DNA of 64,000 nt from NCBI GenBank assembly GCA_964608665.1, contig CAZSQJ010000001.1:44965-108964 (forward strand), given 5' to 3'. Shown one piece after another: positions 8,806 to 18,580 of the stretch. The notes under the pieces are model-generated. The model made no database searches and was not told the DNA's origin. It saw only the letters and a program-made list of their open reading frames with translations. How positions within the stretch are numbered: the stretch's first letter is position 1; the number at the start of each line of letters is the position of its first letter. The translations under genes were made by a program, and so were the position numbers. This DNA comes from an uncultured Bacteroidales bacterium (GTDB lineage: Bacteria; Bacteroidota; Bacteroidia; Bacteroidales; CAIXZF01).

Positions 8806-10458
8806 ATGTTCCCGGCAAACCCTTTCCTTATCTCCTTGCTGATCAGCATGGTGCTCATTTCCTGCAGACCTATGAAAAAACAGGCAGACCTGATCCTTCT
8901 CAACGGAAACATCCGGACAATGGATGCACAACTCAGTAAGGTGAGTGCCATGGCAGTCAGGAACGGTAAGATTCTTGCCACCGGTACCGATCAGGATATC
9001 CTGCAGCATTTCAGTGCTGATCAAATCCTCGACCTGAAAGGTGATTTTGTCTGTCCCGGCTTCTACGATGCACATTGTCACTTTTTCGGATATGCCACCA
9101 ATGTAAAAACGATGGCCGACCTCAGGGAAGCCACATCTCCTGCCGATATGGTGGGATTGCTGAAAGAATACTATCAGCATGCAACTCCCGCATGGCTTTG
9201 CGGAAGGGGCTGGGATCAGAATAAATGGAAAGTAAAGCAATTCCCTGATAAAAAGATAATCGATGATGCCTTTCCTGATATTCCGGTTGTACTGATCCGC
9301 ATCGACGGGCATGCCGTGCTTGTAAACACTGCTGCCATCAATGCCATCGGATTAACTGAAGAGAATATTGCACGGCACGAACAGGCTTTTTACAACAATG
9401 GCCGTTTTACAGGAATCTTTCTTGAAGAAACAGCCGACCTCTTTAAAGCTGCCATCCCGGTGGCGGATAAGGATTTCCTTACGAAATGCCTGCTGGATGC
9501 AGAACAGGAGTGCTTTTCATTTGGACTTACTTCGGTCGCAGATGCAGGCCTCGAACAATGGAAGATTAACATGATCGACAGCCTGCAACAGGCCGGTATC
9601 CTCCAGATGCAGGTATACGCAATGCTTGAAGCATCGGAGGAGAATGTTCAGTTTATGAAAGACGGAAAGAAACTCAGGACACCTTCCCTGCTTGTACGAT
9701 CAGTGAAAATGTATGCAGACGGAGCCCTTGGTTCCAGGGGAGCCTGCCTGTTACAACCCTATACCGATCAGCCGGACCACTACGGTATTATCGTTACACC
9801 GCCGGAAAAGCTGCATGACATTTGTAAACAGGCTTATGAAAATGGCTATCAGGTTTGCACCCATTGCATTGGTGATTCTGCTGTCCGAATGGTGCTCGGT
9901 GTTTACAAAACATATCTGAAACCCGGAAATCAAAGACGCTGGAGAATCGAACACGCACAATGTGTCGATGAAGCCGATTTTGAACTTTTCGGTAAATACG
10001 CCATCATTCCATCCATACAGTCCACACATGCCACTTCAGATATGTACTGGGCTGAACAACGCCTGGGCAGCGAACGGATCAGGAACGCATACGCATACAA
10101 GAAACTGCTGGAACAGAACGGCTGGATTCCGAATGGTACGGATTTCCCCATTGAACAGATCAATCCCCTGCTTACTTTTTACGCTGCCGTCAGCCGGTGC
10201 GATGTTAACGGATACCCGCCGGGAGGATTCCAGATCGAACAGGCATTCTCCCGTGAGGAAGCCCTGCAGTCCATTACCATCTGGGCAGCAAAAGCCTGCT
10301 TCGAAGATGATATCAAAGGCAGTCTTGAAAAAGGAAAACTTGCAGATTTTGTGATACTGGAGCAGGATCTGCTCCAGGTACCTTTGTCAGGCATTCCGGA
10401 ATGTAGCGTCAAGGCAACCTACCTTGGCGGAAAATGTGTATTTCCCCTTACCCGATAG
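8806..10458 (+). CDS. Amidohydrolase-3 family metal-dependent hydrolase (YtcJ-like), probable lipoprotein
   Basis: DAHCHF metal-binding motif and TIM-barrel amidohydrolase-like sequence. ATG 8806 gives the signal MFPANPFLISLLISMVLISC. An alternative GTG at 8773 overlaps the upstream stop. Confidence 0.8.
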   Translation: MFPANPFLISLLISMVLISCRPMKKQADLILLNGNIRTMDAQLSKVSAMAVRNGKILATGTDQDILQHFSADQILDLKGDFVCPGFYDAHCHFFGYATNVKTMADLREATSPADMVGLLKEYYQHATPAWLCGRGWDQNKWKVKQFPDKKIIDDAFPDIPVVLIRIDGHAVLVNTAAINAIGLTEENIARHEQAFYNNGRFTGIFLEETADLFKAAIPVADKDFLTKCLLDAEQECFSFGLTSVADAGLEQWKINMIDSLQQAGILQMQVYAMLEASEENVQFMKDGKKLRTPSLLVRSVKMYADGALGSRGACLLQPYTDQPDHYGIIVTPPEKLHDICKQAYENGYQVCTHCIGDSAVRMVLGVYKTYLKPGNQRRWRIEHAQCVDEADFELFGKYAIIPSIQSTHATSDMYWAEQRLGSERIRNAYAYKKLLEQNGWIPNGTDFPIEQINPLLTFYAAVSRCDVNGYPPGGFQIEQAFSREEALQSITIWAAKACFEDDIKGSLEKGKLADFVILEQDLLQVPLSGIPECSVKATYLGGKCVFPLTR

Positions 10459-10499
10459 TTCATCCTTTATTTAAGCGTTTAACGCAAAACGTCCTTTTT

Positions 10500-13400
10500 A
10501 TGCTGAGTTACCTTAAAAAAGCGCTGAAGGCGGGGCTTTGCCTTTCCTTATTCCTTACGGCATGCCAGAAACCTGCCAGAATGCCGGTACCGCTTGTCGA
10601 TATCGGGTTTGCACCATATATTGCCGCTTTCACCAGCGGCCTTGTCTCAAAGGAAACAAGTGTGAAGATCAGGCTCGCCCAGGATTTTCCAGGGGCCGTA
10701 ACCAACGGATCGGAAGTAAAAGAAAAAATATTCCGCTTTAAACCCGATATCAGCGGAAAACTGTACTGGTCAGATACCCGGACACTCGAGTTTAAACCTG
10801 ATAAACCACTGGAGGCAGGCAGAACCTACCTGGCGGATTTTTTTCTGTATAAACTGATAGATGTGCCGGATGAGTTCCGGACTTTCACCTTTCAGTTCCA
10901 AACAATTGCACAGTCCTTTTCCGTGGAGGAGAAAGAACTTATGATCCCCGAAAACGGAAGTAAGACGGTTTACAGGCTTGAAGGCATCCTGAAAACAGCC
11001 GACCTGGCTGAACCCGCAGATGTCGAAAAGATACTGAAAGCCAAAATGCCGGGGAAAGCCCTTCAAATAGCCTGGAGCCATGAACCGGACGGGAAAACAC
11101 ATCGCTTTCTGATCGACAGCATCACAAGAGCCGAAAAAAGTAATGAGGTATTGCTTTCATGGGACGGTGATCCCCTGGGATTGGATATGGAAGGGGAAAA
11201 ACGCATCGTGGTACCTGCACTCGGAGCGTTTTCCGTGTTGGGAACAAGGATCATCAATGAAGACGAACCCTATATCAGCATCAGCTTTTCCGATCCCCTC
11301 GATCCCACTCAGGTATTAAAAGGACTGGTACGGGTCAGTCAATGGTATAATCCCGTATTGATCACCAGTGGTAATACTATCCAGCTCTACCCTAAGAACA
11401 GGTACGGCAGCAAGGCAACCCTCTATGTGGAAAGCAGCATCCGGAATGCCGAGGGAAAGACACTTGACAAACCATTCTCTGCCGAAATATCATTCGATGA
11501 AGGCAAACCCGCCGTCAGGATTATCGGATCCGGAGTGATCCTGCCCGCCTCATCGGGTCTTATCCTTCCCTTTGAAGCCATCGGACTTTCAAAAGTGGAT
11601 GTGAGAATCATCAAGATTTTTGAGGACAATATCGCCCAGTTCCTGCAGGTTAACGAAATGCCGGGCGAAAATGAACTGAAAAGAGTGGGCAGGCCTGTGC
11701 ACAGGGAACAGGTGAACCTCCTGGCTGAAGCTGGCAGCGATCCGGCTTCATGGCATACCCATTTTCTGGATTTAAAACCTCTGATCGATCCCGATCCCGG
11801 TGCAGTTTACCATGTCATCATCAGCTTCCGTAAAGAATACGCCCTCTATCCCTGCAATGATCAGGAAGATAATAAAGACATGGCCCAATTGGCCGATTAT
11901 TCTGAAGAGAGAGAAGCCGAAGACAGGTATTACCGGGATGCCGAATGGTATTACTACGATTACTACCCTGATGGTTACCGCTGGGATCAGCGTGACAACC
12001 CCTGCCATGTATCGTATTACAACCAGGAACGCTTTGCATCAAGGAACATTCTTGCGTCCGATCTTGGGATCATCGCCAAATCCGATGAACAAAACAACTG
12101 GACTATCGCGGTTTCAAACCTGATCACAACGGAAACAGCCGGCGATGTGGATGTAGAAATATTCAATTACCAGCGGCAACTTGTGGGTTCCGGCAAAACC
12201 AACTCAGAAGGCATCGCCCGCATTAAGACAAGTCAAAAACCCTTCCTGCTGGTCGCCAGAAAAAACAGGCAACGGGCCTACCTTCGCCTTGACAATGGTA
12301 ATTCTCTGTCGCTCAGTCAGTTCGATGTAAGTGGTGCTGAGAAACAAAAGGGACTAAAAGGCTTTTTATATGGAGAACGTGGCGTATGGCGGCCTGGTGA
12401 TACTTTGTTCCTGGGTTTCATCCTTGAAGATGAATTGAAAACCCTTCCCGATAAACATCCTGTGATTCTTGAAATCATTGACTCCCAAGGAAAAACAAGA
12501 TATAAACTGCTTGAGACCAAACAGCTCGATGGCTTCTACCGGTTCACAGTGCCAACCGCAGCCGACATACCGACCGGAAACTGGTCAGCCACGGTGAGGG
12601 TAGGAGGGGCCAGCTTCTCCAAAACCATCAGGATAGAGACTGTGAAGCCAAACCGTTTGAAAATCAAGCTGGATTTCAGGGAACCTGTCCTGGATATCCA
12701 CGAACCGGTACAGGCCGGCTTGCAGCTGCAGTGGCTCACAGGTGCAAGGGCATCGGGCCTGAGGAGTCTGATAACGGCATCATTTTCGGCAACAAAGACA
12801 GTGTTCCCGGACTTCAGGAACTATGTATTCGATGATCCGTTGAAAAAATTCTGGACGGAGGAACAGCTACTTTTCGATGGAAAGGTTGACCAGGATGGAA
12901 ATGCTTCGTTTACAAAACAGATAAGTATCGGAAACAGTGCACCGGGAATGCTGCAGGCTGCCATCACGGTAAGGGCATTTGAAGAAGGCGGGGATGCAAG
13001 CCAGGATTACTTCACCATGCCTGTCTCCACATATAAGCGGTATGTCGGTCTGAAGGTTCCTGCCGGGGAAAAAGAAAGCGGAATGCTTCAAACCGACAAG
13101 GACATCACTGTAGAAGTGGCGGCCTGTGATGCAAAGGGGAATGCAGTGCCGGCCAGAAATCTTGATATCACTGTGGTTAAAGTCAAATGGCGGTGGTGGT
13201 GGAATGCTTCTGACAATGACCTGGCCAACTATGAGGGAGGTGTTGAGAATATGCCGGTATACAGGAATACCCTCACCTTGGCTAACGGAAAGGGCAGTTT
13301 CCGTTTCCGGATCAATTATCCGGAATGGGGCCGCTACCTGATCAGTGTCAGAGATCCTGAAGGAGGACATGTTGCCGGGCAATCCGTTTACATCGACTGG

Positions 13401-16073
13401 CCATCCTGGCGAAGCAGGGACGGAAAGCAACAGGCGGAATCTGCCAGCATGTTGAACTTTTCGAGCGACAAACCCGAATACAAACCGGGAGAAGAAGCTG
13501 TGCTGACAATCCCCGGGACATCTGGCGGAAGAGCGCTTGTGAGTGTTGAAACAGGTTCTGAGGTGCTGGATGCTTGGTGGGTAAAAACAAAGGAAAAAGA
13601 AACAGTGGTTAAGATCAGGATTAGCGGGAAAATGGCCCCGAATGTATACGTTCATGTGAGCCTGGTTCAGCCCCATGCACAAACTGTCAACGATAATCCG
13701 ATCAGGATGTACGGAGTCATTCCCCTGCTGGTAACAGACCCGGCCACCAGATTGTCGCCTCTTATCCAGGCAGCAGATGTGATCCGCCCGGAAGAAACAA
13801 CGGTCATCACGGTAAAAGAAAAGCAGGGGAAAGCCATGACCTATACCCTTGCCATCGTGGATGAAGGCTTGCTTGACCTGACCAGGTTTAAAACCCCCGA
13901 TCCATGGTCTGGCTTTTATGCCCGTGAGGCGCTCGGTGTGAAAACCTGGGATATGTACAACCTGGTCATCGGTGCTTACGGTGGGAAATTCGGCAAGGCC
14001 TTCGCTATCGGAGGTGACAGGGATCAGCGCATCCACAACCCGAAAAAGGCCAATCGTTTCAAACCGGTGGTCACTTTTCTCGGACCTTTCAGGCTGGCCA
14101 AAGGGAAAACCGCCGTCCATCAGGTAAAGATCCCGAACTATGTGGGATCGGTCAGGGTGATGGTAGTTGCCGGAAACCAGGGTGCCTTTGGCTCAGCTGA
14201 GAAAACCATCCCGGTACGCAAACCACTGATGGTGCTTCCAAGCCTCCCGCGTGTCCTCGGTCCGGGAGAAACCGTCAAACTGCCCGTCACTGTCTTTGCC
14301 CTTGAAAAACAGGTAAGAAATGTGAAACTGAAACTCTCCACCAACCAATTATTCACTATTAAGGGCAGAAATAGCTTAGATCTTCAGTTCAGCGGTGAAG
14401 GCGACCAGGTGGTCTATTTCGAACTGCTTGTGAAACAGGCTGTTGGTGTCGGTAAAATACAACTCAATGCTGTATCGGGCAGTGAAAAGGCTTCCTCGGA
14501 AGTAGAACTGGAAGTCAGGAACCCCAATCCGGTTCAGCGCATTTCCTGGGACCACGTCCTGAAACCGGGAGAAAGCTGGGTCAACGAACATGAATTCTTC
14601 GGCGTGGCAGGTTCATCATATGCTACCGCAGAAGTCTCAAAGCTATTTCCGCTGGATTTCGAAAAAAGACTGGAATGGTTGATCGAATATCCTTATGGAT
14701 GCCTCGAACAAATCACTTCAGCTGCTTTCCCGCAAATTTTCCTGGCAGATATCAGTGATCTGAATAAAGGAAAGCTGGCCATGATTGCTGATAACGTGAA
14801 CAGCTGCATTCAGAAACTCAGTACCTACCAGTTGCCGTCAGGTGGATTTGCCACCTGGCCGGGGGCATCACAGTGCAACGACTGGATAACCAACTTTGTG
14901 GGACATTTTATCCTGGAAGCTGAAAATCATGGATATGCAATACCATATGCCATGAAACAAGCCTGGATCAGGTACCAGATTCAGGCGTCAAGAATGTGGA
15001 TGCCAGGCAATAAACACGCTTATGCCTTGCGTTCTGACTTTGATTTCGTACAGGCTTACCGCCTGTATACCCTGGTGCTTGCAAAACAACCCCAGCTGCC
15101 GTCAATGAACATGCTCAGAGAACAGCAGTCGCTGGATACCAGGACCCGCTTCAGGCTTGCTGCCACATATGCCCTGGCCGGGCATACCGACCAGGCCTGC
15201 ATGCTGATCAGCAAAACCGACAATCGCAGCCTTACGGTTCCCGATGCCTGGCAAACCTATGGCAGTCCCTTGAGAGACCGGGCTATGATACTGGAAACTT
15301 ATGTACTGATGAATGAAACAGATGAAAGTACCCGTCTGGCAAGAGAAATCGCCGCTGCACTGGCAGCTGATTCCTGGATGAATACCCATGCAACGGCATG
15401 GTCGATGGTAGCACTGGGAAAATTCATCGGAAAAACCGGCAGGAACACTGCCGGCAACATACAGTTTACAATTACACCCGAAGGGAAAAGCAAAACAGAT
15501 GTGAAAACAGGCAAGAGCCTCTGGAAGGGAGATCTACCGGTGAAAAGCGGAATAGGACGTGTTACGATGACCAATACCGGAAAATCAACTCTGTATGCAC
15601 GCGTGGTGGTTTCAGGCCAGCCCCTTGCCGGCGAAAGCATGCGGACAGGAAGCAGGCTCGGATTACAGATTGTGTATAAGGATCAGCAGGGAAATTCGCT
15701 TGACATTACGAAACTCCGTCAGGGAACCGACTTTACGGCTGAAGTGACTGTCAGCAACCATGGTCTTGCCGGATATCAGAAAGACCTGGCACTTACCACT
15801 GTTTTCCCTTCGGGATGGGAAATCATCAACCCCAGGTTAAGCGGCCTTCCTTCGGTTAATGTACGTGATCTGCCAGATTACCAGGACTACAGGGATGACA
15901 GGGTGTACACCCATTTCGATCTGCCTCCCGGTACATCCAGAACCTTTGTGATCATGCTGCATGCTGCTTTCCCGGGGAGGTTTTATATGGCAGGCCCCGT
16001 ATGTGAAGCTATGTACGACAACAGTGTATATGCTTCGATTCCAGGGCGATGGATTGAAGTGCTGACAGAATGA
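10500..16073 (+). CDS. Bacterial alpha-2-macroglobulin family lipoprotein (YfhM-like) with intact thioester
   Basis: About 1857 aa. Lipoprotein signal MLSYLKKALKAGLCLSLFLTAC. Thioester motif YPYGCLEQ (CLEQ at 14700-14711). Followed by pbpC, as in known A2M-PbpC operons. Confidence 0.92.
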   Translation: MLSYLKKALKAGLCLSLFLTACQKPARMPVPLVDIGFAPYIAAFTSGLVSKETSVKIRLAQDFPGAVTNGSEVKEKIFRFKPDISGKLYWSDTRTLEFKPDKPLEAGRTYLADFFLYKLIDVPDEFRTFTFQFQTIAQSFSVEEKELMIPENGSKTVYRLEGILKTADLAEPADVEKILKAKMPGKALQIAWSHEPDGKTHRFLIDSITRAEKSNEVLLSWDGDPLGLDMEGEKRIVVPALGAFSVLGTRIINEDEPYISISFSDPLDPTQVLKGLVRVSQWYNPVLITSGNTIQLYPKNRYGSKATLYVESSIRNAEGKTLDKPFSAEISFDEGKPAVRIIGSGVILPASSGLILPFEAIGLSKVDVRIIKIFEDNIAQFLQVNEMPGENELKRVGRPVHREQVNLLAEAGSDPASWHTHFLDLKPLIDPDPGAVYHVIISFRKEYALYPCNDQEDNKDMAQLADYSEEREAEDRYYRDAEWYYYDYYPDGYRWDQRDNPCHVSYYNQERFASRNILASDLGIIAKSDEQNNWTIAVSNLITTETAGDVDVEIFNYQRQLVGSGKTNSEGIARIKTSQKPFLLVARKNRQRAYLRLDNGNSLSLSQFDVSGAEKQKGLKGFLYGERGVWRPGDTLFLGFILEDELKTLPDKHPVILEIIDSQGKTRYKLLETKQLDGFYRFTVPTAADIPTGNWSATVRVGGASFSKTIRIETVKPNRLKIKLDFREPVLDIHEPVQAGLQLQWLTGARASGLRSLITASFSATKTVFPDFRNYVFDDPLKKFWTEEQLLFDGKVDQDGNASFTKQISIGNSAPGMLQAAITVRAFEEGGDASQDYFTMPVSTYKRYVGLKVPAGEKESGMLQTDKDITVEVAACDAKGNAVPARNLDITVVKVKWRWWWNASDNDLANYEGGVENMPVYRNTLTLANGKGSFRFRINYPEWGRYLISVRDPEGGHVAGQSVYIDWPSWRSRDGKQQAESASMLNFSSDKPEYKPGEEAVLTIPGTSGGRALVSVETGSEVLDAWWVKTKEKETVVKIRISGKMAPNVYVHVSLVQPHAQTVNDNPIRMYGVIPLLVTDPATRLSPLIQAADVIRPEETTVITVKEKQGKAMTYTLAIVDEGLLDLTRFKTPDPWSGFYAREALGVKTWDMYNLVIGAYGGKFGKAFAIGGDRDQRIHNPKKANRFKPVVTFLGPFRLAKGKTAVHQVKIPNYVGSVRVMVVAGNQGAFGSAEKTIPVRKPLMVLPSLPRVLGPGETVKLPVTVFALEKQVRNVKLKLSTNQLFTIKGRNSLDLQFSGEGDQVVYFELLVKQAVGVGKIQLNAVSGSEKASSEVELEVRNPNPVQRISWDHVLKPGESWVNEHEFFGVAGSSYATAEVSKLFPLDFEKRLEWLIEYPYGCLEQITSAAFPQIFLADISDLNKGKLAMIADNVNSCIQKLSTYQLPSGGFATWPGASQCNDWITNFVGHFILEAENHGYAIPYAMKQAWIRYQIQASRMWMPGNKHAYALRSDFDFVQAYRLYTLVLAKQPQLPSMNMLREQQSLDTRTRFRLAATYALAGHTDQACMLISKTDNRSLTVPDAWQTYGSPLRDRAMILETYVLMNETDESTRLAREIAAALAADSWMNTHATAWSMVALGKFIGKTGRNTAGNIQFTITPEGKSKTDVKTGKSLWKGDLPVKSGIGRVTMTNTGKSTLYARVVVSGQPLAGESMRTGSRLGLQIVYKDQQGNSLDITKLRQGTDFTAEVTVSNHGLAGYQKDLALTTVFPSGWEIINPRLSGLPSVNVRDLPDYQDYRDDRVYTHFDLPPGTSRTFVIMLHAAFPGRFYMAGPVCEAMYDNSVYASIPGRWIEVLTE

Positions 16074-18448
16074 GAAACCAATTCCCGGGCGTAAGGAAAA
16101 AAAGCCTGCTTTGGGCAGGGGTCTGCCTCCTTGGGCTTGCACTCATCCTGAGGCTGGTGCCGGTGAAACCGTTGCAGCCCTCTTTCAGTACCATTCTTGA
16201 GGACCGCCAGGGAATCCTTCTCGGAGCCAAAACTGCCGGTGACGGTCAATGGCGTTTTCCGCCTTCCGACAGTGTCCCGGACAAATTCAGGAAGGCATTG
16301 CTTGCGTTTGAGGACAGGTATTTCTATTATCATCCGGGTATCAATCCATTTTCTCTGTTAAGAGCAGCGAGGCAGAATATCGCCCGTGGCAGAATAAGAA
16401 GCGGTGGTTCCACTCTCAGTATGCAGGTGGCCAGGTTCACGCTTGGACACAGGAGCAGGACCTGGACGAACAAGCTCCTCGAAGTATGTTATGCCCTGAG
16501 ACTCGAATCCCATTTTTCCAAGAACGCGATTCTCAGAAAATATGCCTCCGGTGCACCCTTCGGCGGAAATGTGGTGGGTCTTGCAGCAGCATCATGGCGG
16601 TATTTCGGTAAAGATCAGCATGCACTAAGCTGGGCCGAAGCGGCAACCCTTGCCGTCCTTCCAAACGCACCTGCTCTGATTCACCCGGCGAAAAACCGTG
16701 GTAAACTCCTGGTAAAGCGTAACAGGCTTCTGCTGAAACTCAGGGATATCGGCTATCTTAGTCCTGAAGACTGCGAAAGGGCCTTGCTGGAACCAATTCC
16801 TTCCCGGCCATACCCGATGCCCGGCCTTGCACCTCACCTGCTCGCCAGGGCAGCGAAAGAACATCCCGGAACCAGGGTACGCTCCACACTGGATTTGCAT
16901 TTACAGGAAAGGGTGGCAGCAGTACTTAGAACTCATCAGAAACTATTGACGGCCAATTATATACACAATATGGCGGCCGTGGTTCTCAGGGTCAGTGACG
17001 GCGCCTGCCTTGTGTATGCCGGCAATGTGAAAGAAGCTGGCGCTGATCACCAGTGCGATGTAGATGTAATCCTGGCACCCAGAAGTACAGGCAGTATACT
17101 GAAACCCATACTTTACGCTGCCCTGTTGCATCAGGGAGATATCCTGCCGGGAACCCTGGTACCCGACATCCCCACCCAGATCGGGGCTTTCTCCCCTAAA
17201 AACTATAATCTGAGCTATGACGGAGCGGTGCCGGCAAGCCGCGCACTGGCGCGTTCCCTGAATGTTCCTGCGGTTAAAATGCTGCAGATTTACGGAGTGG
17301 AGGCATTCTATCAGTTGTTGCGCAAACTGGGGATGACCAGCCTGGTGTTTCCGTCATCCCATTATGGCCTTTCCCTGATCCTGGGAGGCGCTGAAGGGAA
17401 ATTATGGGAAATGTGCGGTCTGTATGCCAGTCTTGCCAGGAGCCTGACAAGTGCTCCGGTTGAAAAAAAACAGGCCGGTTCCCTGGTATTTCCTCCCATA
17501 TACCTGATGCCACATGAGCCTGCACACACCGCAGGTTCTGGGAACCCCGGCATGGCTGCTCTGCCGGGGACAGCCTCCGTCTGTCTGATGTTCGAAGCCC
17601 TGCTGGAAGTGAACAAACCTGAACAGGAATCCGGATGGGATCACTACACAGGAAAATCAAAATGGGCCTGGAAAACAGGTACCAGTTTCGGATACCGCGA
17701 TGCCTGGGCCATTGCCACCAACCCGGGTTATGTGGCAGGGGTCTGGGCAGGAAATGCAGACGGGGAGGGGAGGCCCGGACTGACCGGGATCGGGGCGGCT
17801 GCACCCGCCTTATTCGAGATCCTCAGCCTGCTGCCTGAACAGGAATGGTTTTCGTTACCGGCAGGCGCAATGGCCGGGGTAAGAGTATGCCCCTTGAGCG
17901 GCCATCTCGCCGGGCCTGATTGTCCGGCGGCTGACAGCATCCTGGTGCCTTTAAGGGGACAGCATTCTGTCCCATGCCCCTATCACCGGATCGTCCACCT
18001 GGATGCAACAGGCAGGTACCGTGTCAATGCCCGGTGCGAACCGCTTTCCAGCATCAGGCATGAATCCTGGTTTATCCTTCCTCCCGCCCAGGAATTCTAT
18101 TTCAGGTCGCGGAATCCTTTTTACAGACTTCTACCTCCATTGAAACCGGGCTGTCAGGAAGACGGAAGCCTTCAGATGATCGAACTCGTCAACCTGAGAG
18201 ATGTCAGTAAGGTGTATATCCCTTATGAACTGGACGGGAGTCCCGGCCGCCTGGTGCTTGAAGCCGCACACCGGGAACCCGGTGCCTTGCTTTACTGGCA
18301 TCTGGATGAGACCTATCTTGGTACGACTTCTCACAAGCATCAGATGAGCCTGAAGCCCTTGCCCGGCAGCCATCGGTTACTCATTACGGATGACAGGGGT
18401 AACAGTTTTGTCAAACGATTGGAAATCCTTGATCAACAAACGGATTAA
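16070..18448 (+). CDS. pbpC: Penicillin-binding protein 1C (bifunctional transglycosylase/transpeptidase)
   Basis: 792 aa. Glycosyltransferase motifs EDRYFYYHPG and GGSTLSMQ. Transpeptidase motifs STGSILKP, SPKN and KTGTS. ATGA start/stop overlap with the A2M gene. Confidence 0.92.
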   Translation: MRNQFPGVRKKSLLWAGVCLLGLALILRLVPVKPLQPSFSTILEDRQGILLGAKTAGDGQWRFPPSDSVPDKFRKALLAFEDRYFYYHPGINPFSLLRAARQNIARGRIRSGGSTLSMQVARFTLGHRSRTWTNKLLEVCYALRLESHFSKNAILRKYASGAPFGGNVVGLAAASWRYFGKDQHALSWAEAATLAVLPNAPALIHPAKNRGKLLVKRNRLLLKLRDIGYLSPEDCERALLEPIPSRPYPMPGLAPHLLARAAKEHPGTRVRSTLDLHLQERVAAVLRTHQKLLTANYIHNMAAVVLRVSDGACLVYAGNVKEAGADHQCDVDVILAPRSTGSILKPILYAALLHQGDILPGTLVPDIPTQIGAFSPKNYNLSYDGAVPASRALARSLNVPAVKMLQIYGVEAFYQLLRKLGMTSLVFPSSHYGLSLILGGAEGKLWEMCGLYASLARSLTSAPVEKKQAGSLVFPPIYLMPHEPAHTAGSGNPGMAALPGTASVCLMFEALLEVNKPEQESGWDHYTGKSKWAWKTGTSFGYRDAWAIATNPGYVAGVWAGNADGEGRPGLTGIGAAAPALFEILSLLPEQEWFSLPAGAMAGVRVCPLSGHLAGPDCPAADSILVPLRGQHSVPCPYHRIVHLDATGRYRVNARCEPLSSIRHESWFILPPAQEFYFRSRNPFYRLLPPLKPGCQEDGSLQMIELVNLRDVSKVYIPYELDGSPGRLVLEAAHREPGALLYWHLDETYLGTTSHKHQMSLKPLPGSHRLLITDDRGNSFVKRLEILDQQTD

Positions 18449-18566
18449 TTTATTCATTATAAATGTCTTACATAAACCAAAGTTATTAACAACTGTTAAT
18501 AACTCCTGTTTGTGCTTTGTGTATGCTTTCAGGCCAAAAAACTTGCTTTCGCATGCTTTCCTGTTG

Positions 18567-18574
18567 TAATTTTG
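18567..18574 (+). promoter_or_regulatory. -7 box TAATTTTG preceding the orphan structured RNA
   Basis: Exact TAnnTTTG in the AT-rich flank, immediately before the GC-rich segment begins (about 18581). Confidence 0.45.
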
Positions 18575-18580
18575 GTTCAT

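Noticed and set aside
12867-14120. 417-aa ORF on the minus strand inside the alpha-2-macroglobulin gene.
   Set aside because: It is entirely antisense to a CDS with strong family signatures. Its composition is low-complexity and Arg/Gly/Pro-biased, as expected for a shadow frame of a moderately GC-rich gene. It has no promoter box and no recognisable motif.
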